From Candidatus Saccharimonadales bacterium (GTDB taxonomy: Bacteria > Patescibacteriota > Saccharimonadia > Saccharimonadales > UBA10212), in the NCBI GenBank assembly GCA_035758565.1, contig DASTXL010000001.1, forward strand, positions 11,242 through 75,241: 64,000 bases of DNA. The letters run 5' to 3'. The notes beneath the pieces are model-generated. The model had not been told where the DNA came from and searched no databases. It was given only the letters and a program-made list of their open reading frames with translations. The position numbers and the translations under genes are program-made. Shown piece after piece: positions 25,988 to 33,993 of the stretch (its first letter is position 1; every line of letters starts with the position of its first letter).

Positions 25988-26359
25988 ATGACAAAGCACC
26001 TCCTGACCCGCTTTTTGTTGCGCTGGGCTGTGTCTAGCTTGGGTCTTTTTATTGCTGCCGGTATTCTAGGCGACAACAACTTTGGAATTGGTGATAATTT
26101 CACCGGTCAGGTTTTGATAGCTGGTCTTGTTCTGTCGATAGTCAACATGGCCATTAAGCCGTTTTTAATTATTTTGTCTTTTCCGGCGATTGTCTTAAGC
26201 CTCGGACTATTCATGTTGATAGTTAACGGTGCAGTTATTTTGCTAGCTAGCTGGATAGATAACGCAATTTATGTACGCAACTTTGGCGTGGCTATCGTTG
26301 TTGGCATAATTTTGGGCTTGGTTAATTTTTTAGTAACGCGGATTTTGGAGGATAAATAA
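25988..26359 (+). CDS. Small 4-TM membrane protein (phage holin family 4 / DUF360-like)
   Basis: 123 aa, four hydrophobic helices, N-terminus LLRWAVSSLGLFIAAGIL. Confidence 0.5.
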   Translation: MTKHLLTRFLLRWAVSSLGLFIAAGILGDNNFGIGDNFTGQVLIAGLVLSIVNMAIKPFLIILSFPAIVLSLGLFMLIVNGAVILLASWIDNAIYVRNFGVAIVVGIILGLVNFLVTRILEDK

Positions 26360-26360
26360 A

Positions 26361-26576
26361 GTGAGTGCCTGGAATTATATAACAATCGTCAGTGTAGTTT
26401 TGCTAACCATTTTAATTTTGGTCCAGACTCGCGGGGCGTCTTTGGGAGCCGGCTTAGGTGGCGGCAGCGAGGTGAATACAGTTCGCCGCGGTTCAGATAA
26501 AACCCTGCACCAACTGACCATTATCATGGTATTCGTCTTTGGGGCGAGCATCATAGTCGGCATAGTGGCTAAATAG
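26361..26576 (+). CDS. secG: Preprotein translocase subunit SecG
   Basis: 71 aa, two TM helices separated by a Gly-rich loop (LVQTRGASLGAGLGGGSE), then KTLHQLTIIMVFVF. Confidence 0.7.
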   Translation: MSAWNYITIVSVVLLTILILVQTRGASLGAGLGGGSEVNTVRRGSDKTLHQLTIIMVFVFGASIIVGIVAK

Positions 26577-26600
26577 GTCTTTTTAAAGGGTGGCAGATTT

Positions 26601-28394
26601 TTGATGAGAGGTATCGATCAAGCAACTAAACGCCGCTTTAAGCGCAGCTTCCGCCAAAAACGTCGGAATACGTTAGAGTCTGTTTATCAAGCTGACGATA
26701 AAATTGAGAAATTACTCATTCGTCGCTTTGATCGGCTAGTTTACGTGCGCCGATTTGTATTCTTGTGGATCCTAATTTTTGCCGTTATGATTTTGATTAC
26801 CATTGGTCAAATTCGTGGCCTGTCTGCTTACTACCAAACGCTCAAACCAATTCCCGGCGGCTTATACACCGAAGGTTTACTGGGTAACTTCACCAATGCC
26901 AATCCGCTGTTTGCTACCGGCGCGGCCGACACGGCTGTTTCGCGACTGGTTTTTTCTGGCCTTTTTAAGTACGACGCCTCTAATAATTTAGTTGGTGCTT
27001 TAGCTACCGGCTACGACTTAGATGCTTCACAAAAAGTTTACACCGTGCACTTGCGTCACGGGGTTACCTGGCAAGACGGCAAACCATTCACGGCCGACGA
27101 CGTAGTCTACACATACAGCACGATCCAAAATATCAATGCTCAATCAGCGCTTTATAGCAGTTGGCAGGGCATAAATGTTATCAAAAAAGATAACTACACC
27201 GTAGTGTTTCAGCTGCCCGATGCACTGAGCTCTTTTCCTTATTCGCTAACCAACGGCATTGTGCCCAAGCATCTGTTAAATAAAATCCCGCTCGAGCAGC
27301 TTAGAAGCGCGCCGTTCAACACCGATCCAGTCGGCACCGGCCCCTTTGTTTGGAAGTATGTAGAGGTTACCGGCAGCACAGTTGATTCACGCCAACAACG
27401 CATTAGTTTTTCGGCCAACTCTAAATACTGGGGGGGTAAACCAAAGCTCGATGGCTTAAGTCTGATTACCTTCAATGGCGACGATCAGATGATTAGCGCT
27501 TTTGAAAAGAAACAGCTTAATGCCATGAGTGGTCTAGATACCGTACCGCCCGAACTCGCCAGCGATAACTCGGTCCAAGTTTATAACACCCCGCTAACCA
27601 CTGCGGTCATGGCCTTTTATAATAATTCCAAGCCGGCGCTAAATGATGTTAATGTGCGCAAAGCTTTGTCCGCTGGGGTTGATCGTGGGCGGTTGGTTAA
27701 TCTATTGGGCTCACCGGTTAAGCTTGTAGATGAACCATTGCTAAAAGGCCAATTAGGCTATGATCCAAAGGCTGCCGAACCGGCTTACAGTATTAGCTCG
27801 GCGGACAATTACTTTAAGCAAGCCGGTTACACCAAGGGTGGCGATGGCTTGTGGCAGAAGGGCGGCCAGCCGCTGGAGTTGACTATTAGTGCCCAAAACA
27901 CTGCTAACTACACTCATGTTGCGGAGTTCTTGCAAGAGCAGTGGAACAAGCTTGGTGTCAAAATTAACATCAATTACTACAGCAGCGATGATTTGCAAAC
28001 TTCAATAATTGGCGGCCACGATTACGACATTTTGCTTTACGGCGTCAGCATTGGAGTTGATCCAGACGTGTTTGCTTATTGGGATAGTTCCCAGGCGAGC
28101 CTAACTAGCCAAGGTCATCTGAACCTGAGCGAGTATAAATCCAAGGCCGCCGATACGGATATCGAAGCTGGCCGTACCCGTTCAGATCCAACAATTAGGG
28201 CGGTGAAGTATAGAGCTTTTGATGCTCAATGGGCTAGCGATATGCCAGCCCTGGGACTTTATCAGCCAAACTATCTATACGTAACCCGCGGGCCGGTATT
28301 TAACTATGAGCGCAAAGCCGACAATTTTTCTAGCGACCGTTTCTACAATGTGGCCGATTGGGAGATCCGCCAGCAGCGAGTCACTAACCCTTAA
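26601..28394 (+). CDS. ABC transporter substrate-binding protein, family 5 (peptide/nickel type), membrane-anchored
   Basis: N-terminal TM anchor. HGVTWQDGKPFTADDVVYTY is characteristic of the SBP_bac_5 family. 597 aa. Confidence 0.8.
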   Translation: MMRGIDQATKRRFKRSFRQKRRNTLESVYQADDKIEKLLIRRFDRLVYVRRFVFLWILIFAVMILITIGQIRGLSAYYQTLKPIPGGLYTEGLLGNFTNANPLFATGAADTAVSRLVFSGLFKYDASNNLVGALATGYDLDASQKVYTVHLRHGVTWQDGKPFTADDVVYTYSTIQNINAQSALYSSWQGINVIKKDNYTVVFQLPDALSSFPYSLTNGIVPKHLLNKIPLEQLRSAPFNTDPVGTGPFVWKYVEVTGSTVDSRQQRISFSANSKYWGGKPKLDGLSLITFNGDDQMISAFEKKQLNAMSGLDTVPPELASDNSVQVYNTPLTTAVMAFYNNSKPALNDVNVRKALSAGVDRGRLVNLLGSPVKLVDEPLLKGQLGYDPKAAEPAYSISSADNYFKQAGYTKGGDGLWQKGGQPLELTISAQNTANYTHVAEFLQEQWNKLGVKININYYSSDDLQTSIIGGHDYDILLYGVSIGVDPDVFAYWDSSQASLTSQGHLNLSEYKSKAADTDIEAGRTRSDPTIRAVKYRAFDAQWASDMPALGLYQPNYLYVTRGPVFNYERKADNFSSDRFYNVADWEIRQQRVTNP

Positions 28395-28450
28395 GCATTG
28401 CCTCTTTTGCCCATCTGTAATAAAATTACCTCTGTTACCGAAAAAATTGT

Positions 28451-28526
28451 GGCGCTTTAGCTCAGTTGGTAGAGCAGAGGCCTGAAGAGCCTTGTGTCCC
28501 CAGTTCGAGTCTGGGAGGCGCCACCA
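28451..28526 (+). tRNA. tRNA-Phe (GAA)
   Basis: Cloverleaf folded by hand: acceptor GGCGCTT/AGGCGCC, anticodon loop CTGAAGA, T-loop TTCGAGT, encoded CCA. Confidence 0.9.
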
Positions 28527-28637
28527 GCTTAAATCGTGACCTCGGCTTCCGTAGTTTTGCCAAAAACTACTTCCAGCCTTCGCACGTTTTTACGCTTACC
28601 AATTTTGCAAAATATTGTCGCGCAGAACTTTGCAAAA

Positions 28638-28713
28638 TTGAGAGGAGCAACGTAGCCGGAAATCGTAGCTTTTGCCGTCAGGCAAAACAAGACATAGGCG
28701 CCAGTTGTGACGT
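28638..28713 (+). repeat. tRNA-upstream module U, copy 1 (homologous to 48811..48891)
   Basis: GAGAGGAGCAACGTAGC...TAGCTTTTGCCgtcaGGCAAAACAAGAC aligns with GGGAGGAGAAGCTTAGC...GAAGCTTTTGCCggttatcaGCAAAACAAAAC. Both end 13-22 nt before a tRNA 5' end. Confidence 0.6.
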
Positions 28714-28800
28714 GGGCGGATGGCGGAATTGGTAGACGCGCTACCTTGAGGTGGTAGTGTCCGCAAGGACGTGGAGGTTCAAGTCCTCTTTCGCCCACCA
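28714..28800 (+). tRNA. tRNA-Leu (GAG), class II with long variable arm
   Basis: Acceptor GGGCGGA/TTCGCCC, anticodon loop TTGAGGT, variable arm TGTCCGCAAGGACGT, T-loop TTCAAGT, encoded CCA. Confidence 0.9.
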
Positions 28801-28836
28801 CCGTTGTCGAACAAGACAACAAACTCAAACCAACCA

Positions 28837-28860
28837 CCTCTGTAACAGAGGCCTTTTTTG
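28837..28860 (+). terminator. Rho-independent terminator after the tRNA-Phe/Leu pair
   Basis: CCTCTG taa CAGAGG followed by CCTTTTTTG. Confidence 0.7.
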
Positions 28861-28898
28861 GTTTGATGCCTAGTTGTTGGTGTTGTCGAATACGCGCT

Positions 28899-29465
28899 TT
28901 AGACCTTGGCCTCATCAGTTCGTGCAACGAGTTCATCTACTGTCTCGTCTACAGAATGGCTAGACGTGTCCAGCCACAATCCAATGCGTGGCGTGTGATT
29001 AGCAAACAGATCGTGCAATTGCTGAACTGAGAAATGGTCGTAACCGTTGGTGCGACGGTGCTCTTCTCTAGTCTGTATCGATGTCAGTGAGGGGAGCAGG
29101 CAGACGACGTACAGCGGGCGGCTCTTCACGAGCCTCGAGTACTCAATGAGGTATTCGCCTGCGATGACATCTTCAAGCACTACGGTGAAACCTTGCTTGA
29201 AGTATGAGTCAGCGGCCATTGCGCCCAGCTCATATCGAAGTCGGAGTTGTGTCAGAGCTTCTGGTGATGGTTCTGGTGTCATATCGGCCCTGCCGGAGAC
29301 GATATGCCGCCGGAATGAGTCGCCCTCAATATGAACGCCCTGCTCGAATCTCTGCGCTAGGCGTTCAGCGACTGTCGATTTACCGGCTGCCGATGGGCCA
29401 GTAATAAGGAAGACCGCCGGCTCAGGGGGCTGTTCGTACATACGTTCGATTGTCTCACAGCTCAC
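28899..29465 (-). CDS. P-loop kinase (AAA_33 / zeta-toxin-like / CPT-like phosphotransferase family)
   Basis: Walker A FLITGPSAAGKST and VHIEGDSFRRHI, resembling the zeta/AAA_33 D-x-F-R motif. G+C is moderately raised (about 52-62% per line). GTG start, no SD. Confidence 0.6.
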   Translation of the reverse strand: MSCETIERMYEQPPEPAVFLITGPSAAGKSTVAERLAQRFEQGVHIEGDSFRRHIVSGRADMTPEPSPEALTQLRLRYELGAMAADSYFKQGFTVVLEDVIAGEYLIEYSRLVKSRPLYVVCLLPSLTSIQTREEHRRTNGYDHFSVQQLHDLFANHTPRIGLWLDTSSHSVDETVDELVARTDEAKV

Positions 29466-29672
29466 ACACTATGAGAAGATGTTGTCAAGAAGGGCATCAA
29501 ACGGTTAAGCTATCTAGAGGGTTGGCTTCCGCCGGTCTGTCTTAACTCTTTGCGGCCCCGGTCGCTCGTGGATGAGTTCTAGGAAGGACAGGAGGTCGGC
29601 CAGGGGTTCCGGCGGGTTTGAAAGATGCCCAGTTAGGACCACCAACAGGATATGGATTTTACCTCCGTATTT

Positions 29673-29681
29673 TGATAAAAT
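29673..29681 (+). promoter_or_regulatory. Extended -10 promoter TGaTAAAAT for the tRNA-Val/Gly pair
   Basis: TGATAAAAT at 29673-29681, 23 nt upstream of the tRNA-Val 5' end. Confidence 0.45.
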
Positions 29682-29704
29682 ACTTCGGTTAATGTTGACG
29701 ACCC

Positions 29705-29781
29705 GGGCGCTTAGCTCAGTTGGCTAGAGCATCTCGTTTACACCGAGAGGGTCGGGGGTTCGAGTCCCTCAGCGCCCACCA
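29705..29781 (+). tRNA. tRNA-Val (UAC)
   Basis: Acceptor GGGCGCT/AGCGCCC, anticodon loop TTTACAC, T-loop TTCGAGT, encoded CCA. Confidence 0.9.
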
Positions 29782-29782
29782 A

Positions 29783-29859
29783 GCGGGTGTAGCTCAGTTG
29801 TTTAGAGCGCTTCCTTGCCAAGGAAGAGGCCAGGGGTTAGAGTCCCCTCACCCGCACCA
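29783..29859 (+). tRNA. tRNA-Gly (GCC)
   Basis: Acceptor GCGGGTG/CACCCGC, anticodon loop TTGCCAA, T-loop TTAGAGT, encoded CCA. It starts 1 nt after tRNA-Val. Confidence 0.88.
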
Positions 29860-29865
29860 CGCATC

Positions 29866-29985
29866 AGCTAATTACGGCCAAACTAGAAAAACGCGCAATC
29901 AAGTGGCGCGTTTTTAGTTTGGCCTTCATTGCTGCTGCTTTTCCCCGCAAAGCCCACTAGCGTTCGGTCTTTGCGGGGACCCCAA
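29866..29985 (+). repeat. tRNA-downstream module D, copy A (two hairpins)
   Basis: CTAATTACGGCC, then a ~20-bp stem GGCCAAACTAGAAAAACGCGC / GCGCGTTTTTAGTTTGGCC with loop AATCAAGTG, then TTTTCCCCGCAAAG...CTTTGCGGGGACCCC. It aligns with 49025..49157 and partly with 39606..39715. Confidence 0.75.
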
Positions 29986-30098
29986 AACAGTCTGAAGTTT
30001 ATTGATCGGGCGCACCGTTTCAACTTACATCCGGTGTAGTAGGCCTCATGAGACAAAATATGTCATTTTACAGATTGAAATAAAGGTTTCAACCTTTC

Positions 30099-30107
30099 TG
30101 GTAAAAT
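30099..30107 (+). promoter_or_regulatory. Extended -10 promoter TGgTAAAAT, 6 nt upstream of ATG 30114
   Basis: TGGTAAAAT at 30099-30107 and ATG at 30114. Confidence 0.45.
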
Positions 30108-30113
30108 TTTGTT

Positions 30114-30575
30114 ATGGCAGATTGGGTAAAAATAGTCCTGACGGCTGCAGTTACTCTTATTGGGGGCACTATTCTTTTTGGCGTTAGTGAAGTTGTCAAA
30201 GTACTCGTACTAGCTCCATTACAAAAATTTAAAGCACATGTACAGTTAACATTGGATAGAATTGATTTTTACGCAAACCGTATCACTAACCCATTCTCTG
30301 AAAATCCCACTGATGATGAGCGTCGGCTAATGGCTCAAATTCAAGCAGACTTACGATCGGCGGCGACTGGCTTAAGTTCTACGTATGTTACGATTTCGCT
30401 CCGCAAAGTATTGATTAAACTGAAGATTATTCCAAAACAAGAGGCTATTACAAAGGCTTACGGTGCCTTAATGTATTTATCAAACTCACTCCTAGTCCGT
30501 GGTCATATGGATGAAGCCGACAACCCGAGGAACAATCATGCTAAGATTGAAGAAATAAAAGCCGCTTTGTTATAA
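30114..30575 (+). CDS. Hypothetical membrane-anchored helical protein (low-GC islet)
   Basis: 153 aa with an N-terminal TM helix (IVLTAAVTLIGGTILFGV). About 37-42% G+C. No recognisable motif. Confidence 0.5.
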   Translation: MADWVKIVLTAAVTLIGGTILFGVSEVVKVLVLAPLQKFKAHVQLTLDRIDFYANRITNPFSENPTDDERRLMAQIQADLRSAATGLSSTYVTISLRKVLIKLKIIPKQEAITKAYGALMYLSNSLLVRGHMDEADNPRNNHAKIEEIKAALL

Positions 30576-30618
30576 CAATACTTACGGTCTGCTCAACACA
30601 AGAGTATCATCATATTTA

Positions 30619-31215
30619 ATGGCTGTTCGAATCACCCGGATCGCCTCCATTAAAGGAGATACCAAAAAAGTAACCCTAAAGGGTGTTCTTATAGATTGGG
30701 ATAGGACGGGTAGATACGATGCTGGAATGTTTAATGAACCTGAGTATGGATATATTTTGTCAGACGAAACAGGCTCCATTAAGGTAGCGCCCTTTCATGG
30801 CAATGTTGGGTATGAATACGAAATTACAGGGGAGGTCATTGGCAGCGGTGAGTATGCCACACTTTATAATCCAGAAGTAATTAGCCATGACGACAAACCT
30901 GACCTCCACAGATACCAGGCGAAGTACGAAGTGTACAACCCAGTTGGGGAAAGTCCATTTGCAAGGATGGTAGCAAAAGAAAAAGCACGAGAAGAAGAGG
31001 AAGAAAAGCAGCGGAAGATTTTGATTATTGGAGGTGTCATTCTGGTTGGCATATTGTTCTGGTGGTTTGCTTTACACAACGGCGGACACGCTACCGCTAT
31101 CTGTAACGACGGCCATACTAGCTATAGTAGGCATCATAGTGGTACATGTTCGGACCATGGCGGTGTACAAGAATGGCTGGACGGCTCGGATGGTTCAGCT
31201 AGTAATAATCAATAA
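30619..31215 (+). CDS. DUF3761-like protein with beta-rich N-domain and one TM helix
   Basis: The C-terminal motif CNDGHTSYSRHHSGTCSDHGGVQEW matches the C-x-DG-x-S-x-S...GTCS-x-HGGV signature I recall for DUF3761. It also has a charged EEEEEKQRK segment and a TM helix. Confidence 0.55.
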   Translation: MAVRITRIASIKGDTKKVTLKGVLIDWDRTGRYDAGMFNEPEYGYILSDETGSIKVAPFHGNVGYEYEITGEVIGSGEYATLYNPEVISHDDKPDLHRYQAKYEVYNPVGESPFARMVAKEKAREEEEEKQRKILIIGGVILVGILFWWFALHNGGHATAICNDGHTSYSRHHSGTCSDHGGVQEWLDGSDGSASNNQ

Positions 31216-31262
31216 AGTTACACTTTCACGAACGGTGCTGCACCAAGATGACACTTAGAAGA

Positions 31263-31286
31263 GCTCCCTTATTTGGGAGCATTTTT
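31263..31286 (+). terminator. Rho-independent terminator between convergent genes
   Basis: GCTCCC ttattt GGGAGC followed by ATTTTT. Confidence 0.6.
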
Positions 31287-31309
31287 GTAAATTCAACTTT
31301 GCGGAACCA

Positions 31310-32185
31310 CTAGAGTTTGGGTGCTGTTTTGTTAACCTCTTTTAGTTTGCTAAGAATTGCTTGCAATAATTCAGATGTACCTGCAGCAATGACATATCTA
31401 TTCCAGTGGCTGTCTGGCTTGGTGTAATCAAGGGCCTTACCATCTATATCACTCATGACGCCGCCGGCCTCGGTGAGGATGGCCTGCGCGGCTAAGGTAT
31501 CCCATTTTCCTGCCCTTGTGCTAGTTTGCATAGCAACGTCCGCTTCCCCCGCTGCGATTAGCCCAATTTCACCCCCAAAACATGCTTCCGGAAATGCATT
31601 TTTAAAGCCGAGCCCAGCTACCGCGGCATCTAGCGGGCGAACATCTTTTTGTAGCATATTGCGTCCAGCTAAAATCGCTTCAGAAATATCAGTTATCCGG
31701 CGTACCCTTAATTGCTCAGTGATACCGTCTTTAATCCTGAATGCTCCTTTGCCAGCTTCGGCGTAATACCATTCATTACGAAAAGGTAAATAGACAACCC
31801 CAAGCATAGGTTTACTTTTTTCACACAAGCCTATCATTACTCCCGGAGTATCGCGTCCGGCTACGAAGCCTTTGGTATCGTCGAGCGGATCTACCATCCA
31901 AACACGACGTTCGTAGGAACTTGGTTGCAAAGGATTTTCTTCACTCAATATCTCATCGTTTGGAAATTCCTTACCGATTCCTTTGCGCAATAGATCGTCT
32001 GACTCTCTATCGGCTATGGTTACCGGGTCAAATTCGTCTCTTTTATAATCCACACTAAAGCTGGTGCCGTGATACTTCTTAAGGATCTCACCAGCTTGTT
32101 CCGCTAGCTGCATAGCTTTAGTGAGCTCTGCAGACATAGTTTTTTGATTACCCGTTGTCTTTTCTCTGGGAGGATTATCATCCAT
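31310..32185 (-). CDS. Inositol monophosphatase family / 3'(2'),5'-bisphosphate nucleotidase (CysQ-like)
   Basis: DPVTIADRESD, WMVDPLDDTKGF and GKWDTLA motifs of the IMPase/FIG family. The start may be ATG 32137. Confidence 0.8.
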   Translation of the reverse strand: MDDNPPREKTTGNQKTMSAELTKAMQLAEQAGEILKKYHGTSFSVDYKRDEFDPVTIADRESDDLLRKGIGKEFPNDEILSEENPLQPSSYERRVWMVDPLDDTKGFVAGRDTPGVMIGLCEKSKPMLGVVYLPFRNEWYYAEAGKGAFRIKDGITEQLRVRRITDISEAILAGRNMLQKDVRPLDAAVAGLGFKNAFPEACFGGEIGLIAAGEADVAMQTSTRAGKWDTLAAQAILTEAGGVMSDIDGKALDYTKPDSHWNRYVIAAGTSELLQAILSKLKEVNKTAPKL

Positions 32186-32276
32186 AAGGTTAAGTATACC
32201 CTTAGTCAGGTTACTTAATAATCACACAGTAGGTTCGCTTTCTAGGTGTAAAATAGCTTGTATATAGGAGTGTTGT

Positions 32277-32879
32277 ATGAGAAAAATAGTTGTTATATCA
32301 ATGATAAGTCTGGATGGGGTCATGCAAGCGCCGGGCGGGCCTAAGGAAGATACCAGCGGTGGCTTTAAGCTGGGCGGCTGGACCTGGCCGTATTCGGATA
32401 AAATCTCGCAGAAAATCTATAAGGACGAATTCAGCGGTGAGTACGACCTGCTGCTTGGCCGTAAGACCTACGACCTATGGGTGAATTATTGGCCAAAACA
32501 GAAAGGGCCGATAGCTGACCCATTTAATAAAGCTACAAAATACGTTGTTTCGCACCATGGTGATGGCCTGACCTGGGAAAAATCCGTATTGATTGACGGC
32601 GATGTAGTAGCCAAGCTAAAAGAGTTAAAAAGCCAGCACGGACCAATGCTCTACGTACAAGGCAGCGGCAATATGATCCAGACTTTGCTTAAAAACGATT
32701 TGGTAGACGAGTTGTGGCTGCGGATTTACCCGTTAACGCTGGGCAGCGGCAAGAAGCTGTTCGCCGAAGGCACCATACCAGCGGCATTTAAGCTGACAGA
32801 CTTCAAAACCAATTCAAAAGGCATTATCTTTGCCTACTACAAAAAAGCTGGCGAAGTTAAGACGGGCACAGTCGTTTAA
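32277..32879 (+). CDS. Dihydrofolate reductase-like (RibD C-terminal domain) family protein
   Basis: MRKIVVISMISLDGVMQAPGGP... and LRIYPLTLGSGKKLF are typical of YwjB/RibD_C family proteins. Confidence 0.7.
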   Translation: MRKIVVISMISLDGVMQAPGGPKEDTSGGFKLGGWTWPYSDKISQKIYKDEFSGEYDLLLGRKTYDLWVNYWPKQKGPIADPFNKATKYVVSHHGDGLTWEKSVLIDGDVVAKLKELKSQHGPMLYVQGSGNMIQTLLKNDLVDELWLRIYPLTLGSGKKLFAEGTIPAAFKLTDFKTNSKGIIFAYYKKAGEVKTGTVV

Positions 32880-32916
32880 GCTAAAACTCTATTGCCAAAG
32901 CGGTTATACTTAGTTT

Positions 32917-33282
32917 ATGTATATTGCTAATTTAAAAGTGCCAAAGGATCCGCGAGCTGCGCGCATATTAACACAGGCCGGATTAGTAGCCGTATTTTTG
33001 TACGCCGGTATTTCTCAGCTGCAAAAACCGTACGACTGGACTTATTACGTACCTAGTTTTATTCATTCTCTATCGCTTACAACGCTAGTTAAGGTCTTGG
33101 CTGTTTACGAACTGGTGCTGGTAGTTTGGCTGCTGAGCGGAAAATATTTAAAACTAGCCGGACTGCTATGTGCCTTAACTTTCGGCGGCATAATAGCGGT
33201 TAATCTGCACCAGCTTATAACTACATTCAGAGATATAGGCTTATTATTCATGGCACTGGCGCTGATCCTGCTGGCAGACTAG
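32917..33282 (+). CDS. Small 4-TM membrane protein (DoxX-like?)
   Basis: 121 aa with four hydrophobic helices. Only weak resemblance to DoxX. Confidence 0.4.
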   Translation: MYIANLKVPKDPRAARILTQAGLVAVFLYAGISQLQKPYDWTYYVPSFIHSLSLTTLVKVLAVYELVLVVWLLSGKYLKLAGLLCALTFGGIIAVNLHQLITTFRDIGLLFMALALILLAD

Positions 33283-33381
33283 TTTGTTAAACCTCGCTTA
33301 AACTAACATCCGTCCCCTTTGACAACTCTCCTAGCAAGGCATAAGCTTTAGGTGTATAGACTTGAATCAAAAAGGATCATT

Positions 33382-33993
33382 ATGCGAAAACAAATAACAA
33401 AAATCGGACTTATTAGTCCTATCATAGCGCTAGTCGCATTTATCAGTGCACTAGCTTTTGCCCTGCCGCCACAAGCTAGCGTACACGCGCAAGCTGCAAA
33501 TTCTAATAGTAGTGCAGGGGGTTCTGGTCGTGCGTCGGCTGCTCAGGCAAACGCCCAAACACGCCTAACCGACGCCAAGCTTAAAGCTTGCCAAAATCGC
33601 GAAGCAGCCATTAACAACATAATGACTCGAATTAACACACGTGCTCAAAAGCAGTTAAATCTATTCGACACCATTGCCGCTCGGGTAGAAAATTTTTACA
33701 CCACCAAAGGCAATACCGCAGACAACTATGATCAATTGGTAGCTGCTGTGAACAGTGCCAAAAGCCAAGCCCAAACTGACCTATCAACACTGCAGGGCAG
33801 CAGCACTTTTAGCTGTGATGGGAATAATCCTAGAGGAGCGGTTACAGCTTTTCAGGATTACTTAAAGACAGAAATAACAGATCTGCAAAACTATCGCTCA
33901 ACTGTCAAAAGTCTGATCTTCACAGTTGCTCAAGCTAATGGTGTAACTGTTTCGGATTCAAATCAGTCAACCACACAAGGAGGGCAACAATAA
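33382..33993 (+). CDS. Secreted alpha-helical protein, unknown function
   Basis: AAGGA SD lies 6 nt upstream of ATG 33382. Signal peptide MRKQITKIGLISPIIALVAFISALAFA. The rest is a Q/A/N-rich helical region. Confidence 0.55.
   Translation: MRKQITKIGLISPIIALVAFISALAFALPPQASVHAQAANSNSSAGGSGRASAAQANAQTRLTDAKLKACQNREAAINNIMTRINTRAQKQLNLFDTIAARVENFYTTKGNTADNYDQLVAAVNSAKSQAQTDLSTLQGSSTFSCDGNNPRGAVTAFQDYLKTEITDLQNYRSTVKSLIFTVAQANGVTVSDSNQSTTQGGQQ

Noticed and set aside
28803-28891. 9-bp direct repeat GTTGTCGAA (28803-11 and 28883-91) flanking the tRNA terminator as a possible MITE target duplication
   Set aside because: The repeat is short enough to arise by chance. The enclosed sequence is just a terminator hairpin, with no terminal inverted repeats.
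28466-28936. ORFs 28466..28735(+) and 28529..28936(-)
   Set aside because: They overlap tRNA-Phe and tRNA-Leu(GAG) and the palindrome-rich spacer. They have no SD or motifs and are artefacts of stop-free stable-RNA sequence.
29466-29704. Possible small ORF or antitoxin upstream of the P-loop kinase (minus-strand frame ...ILLVVLTGHLSNPPEPLADLLSFLELIHERPGPQRV...)
   Set aside because: It has no canonical start at a sensible distance from the GGAGG, is under 50 codons, and has no recognisable motif. A zeta/epsilon-type toxin-antitoxin interpretation cannot be supported from sequence alone.
29720-29917. ORF 29720..29917(+)
   Set aside because: It lies entirely within tRNA-Val, tRNA-Gly and the terminator-like hairpin.
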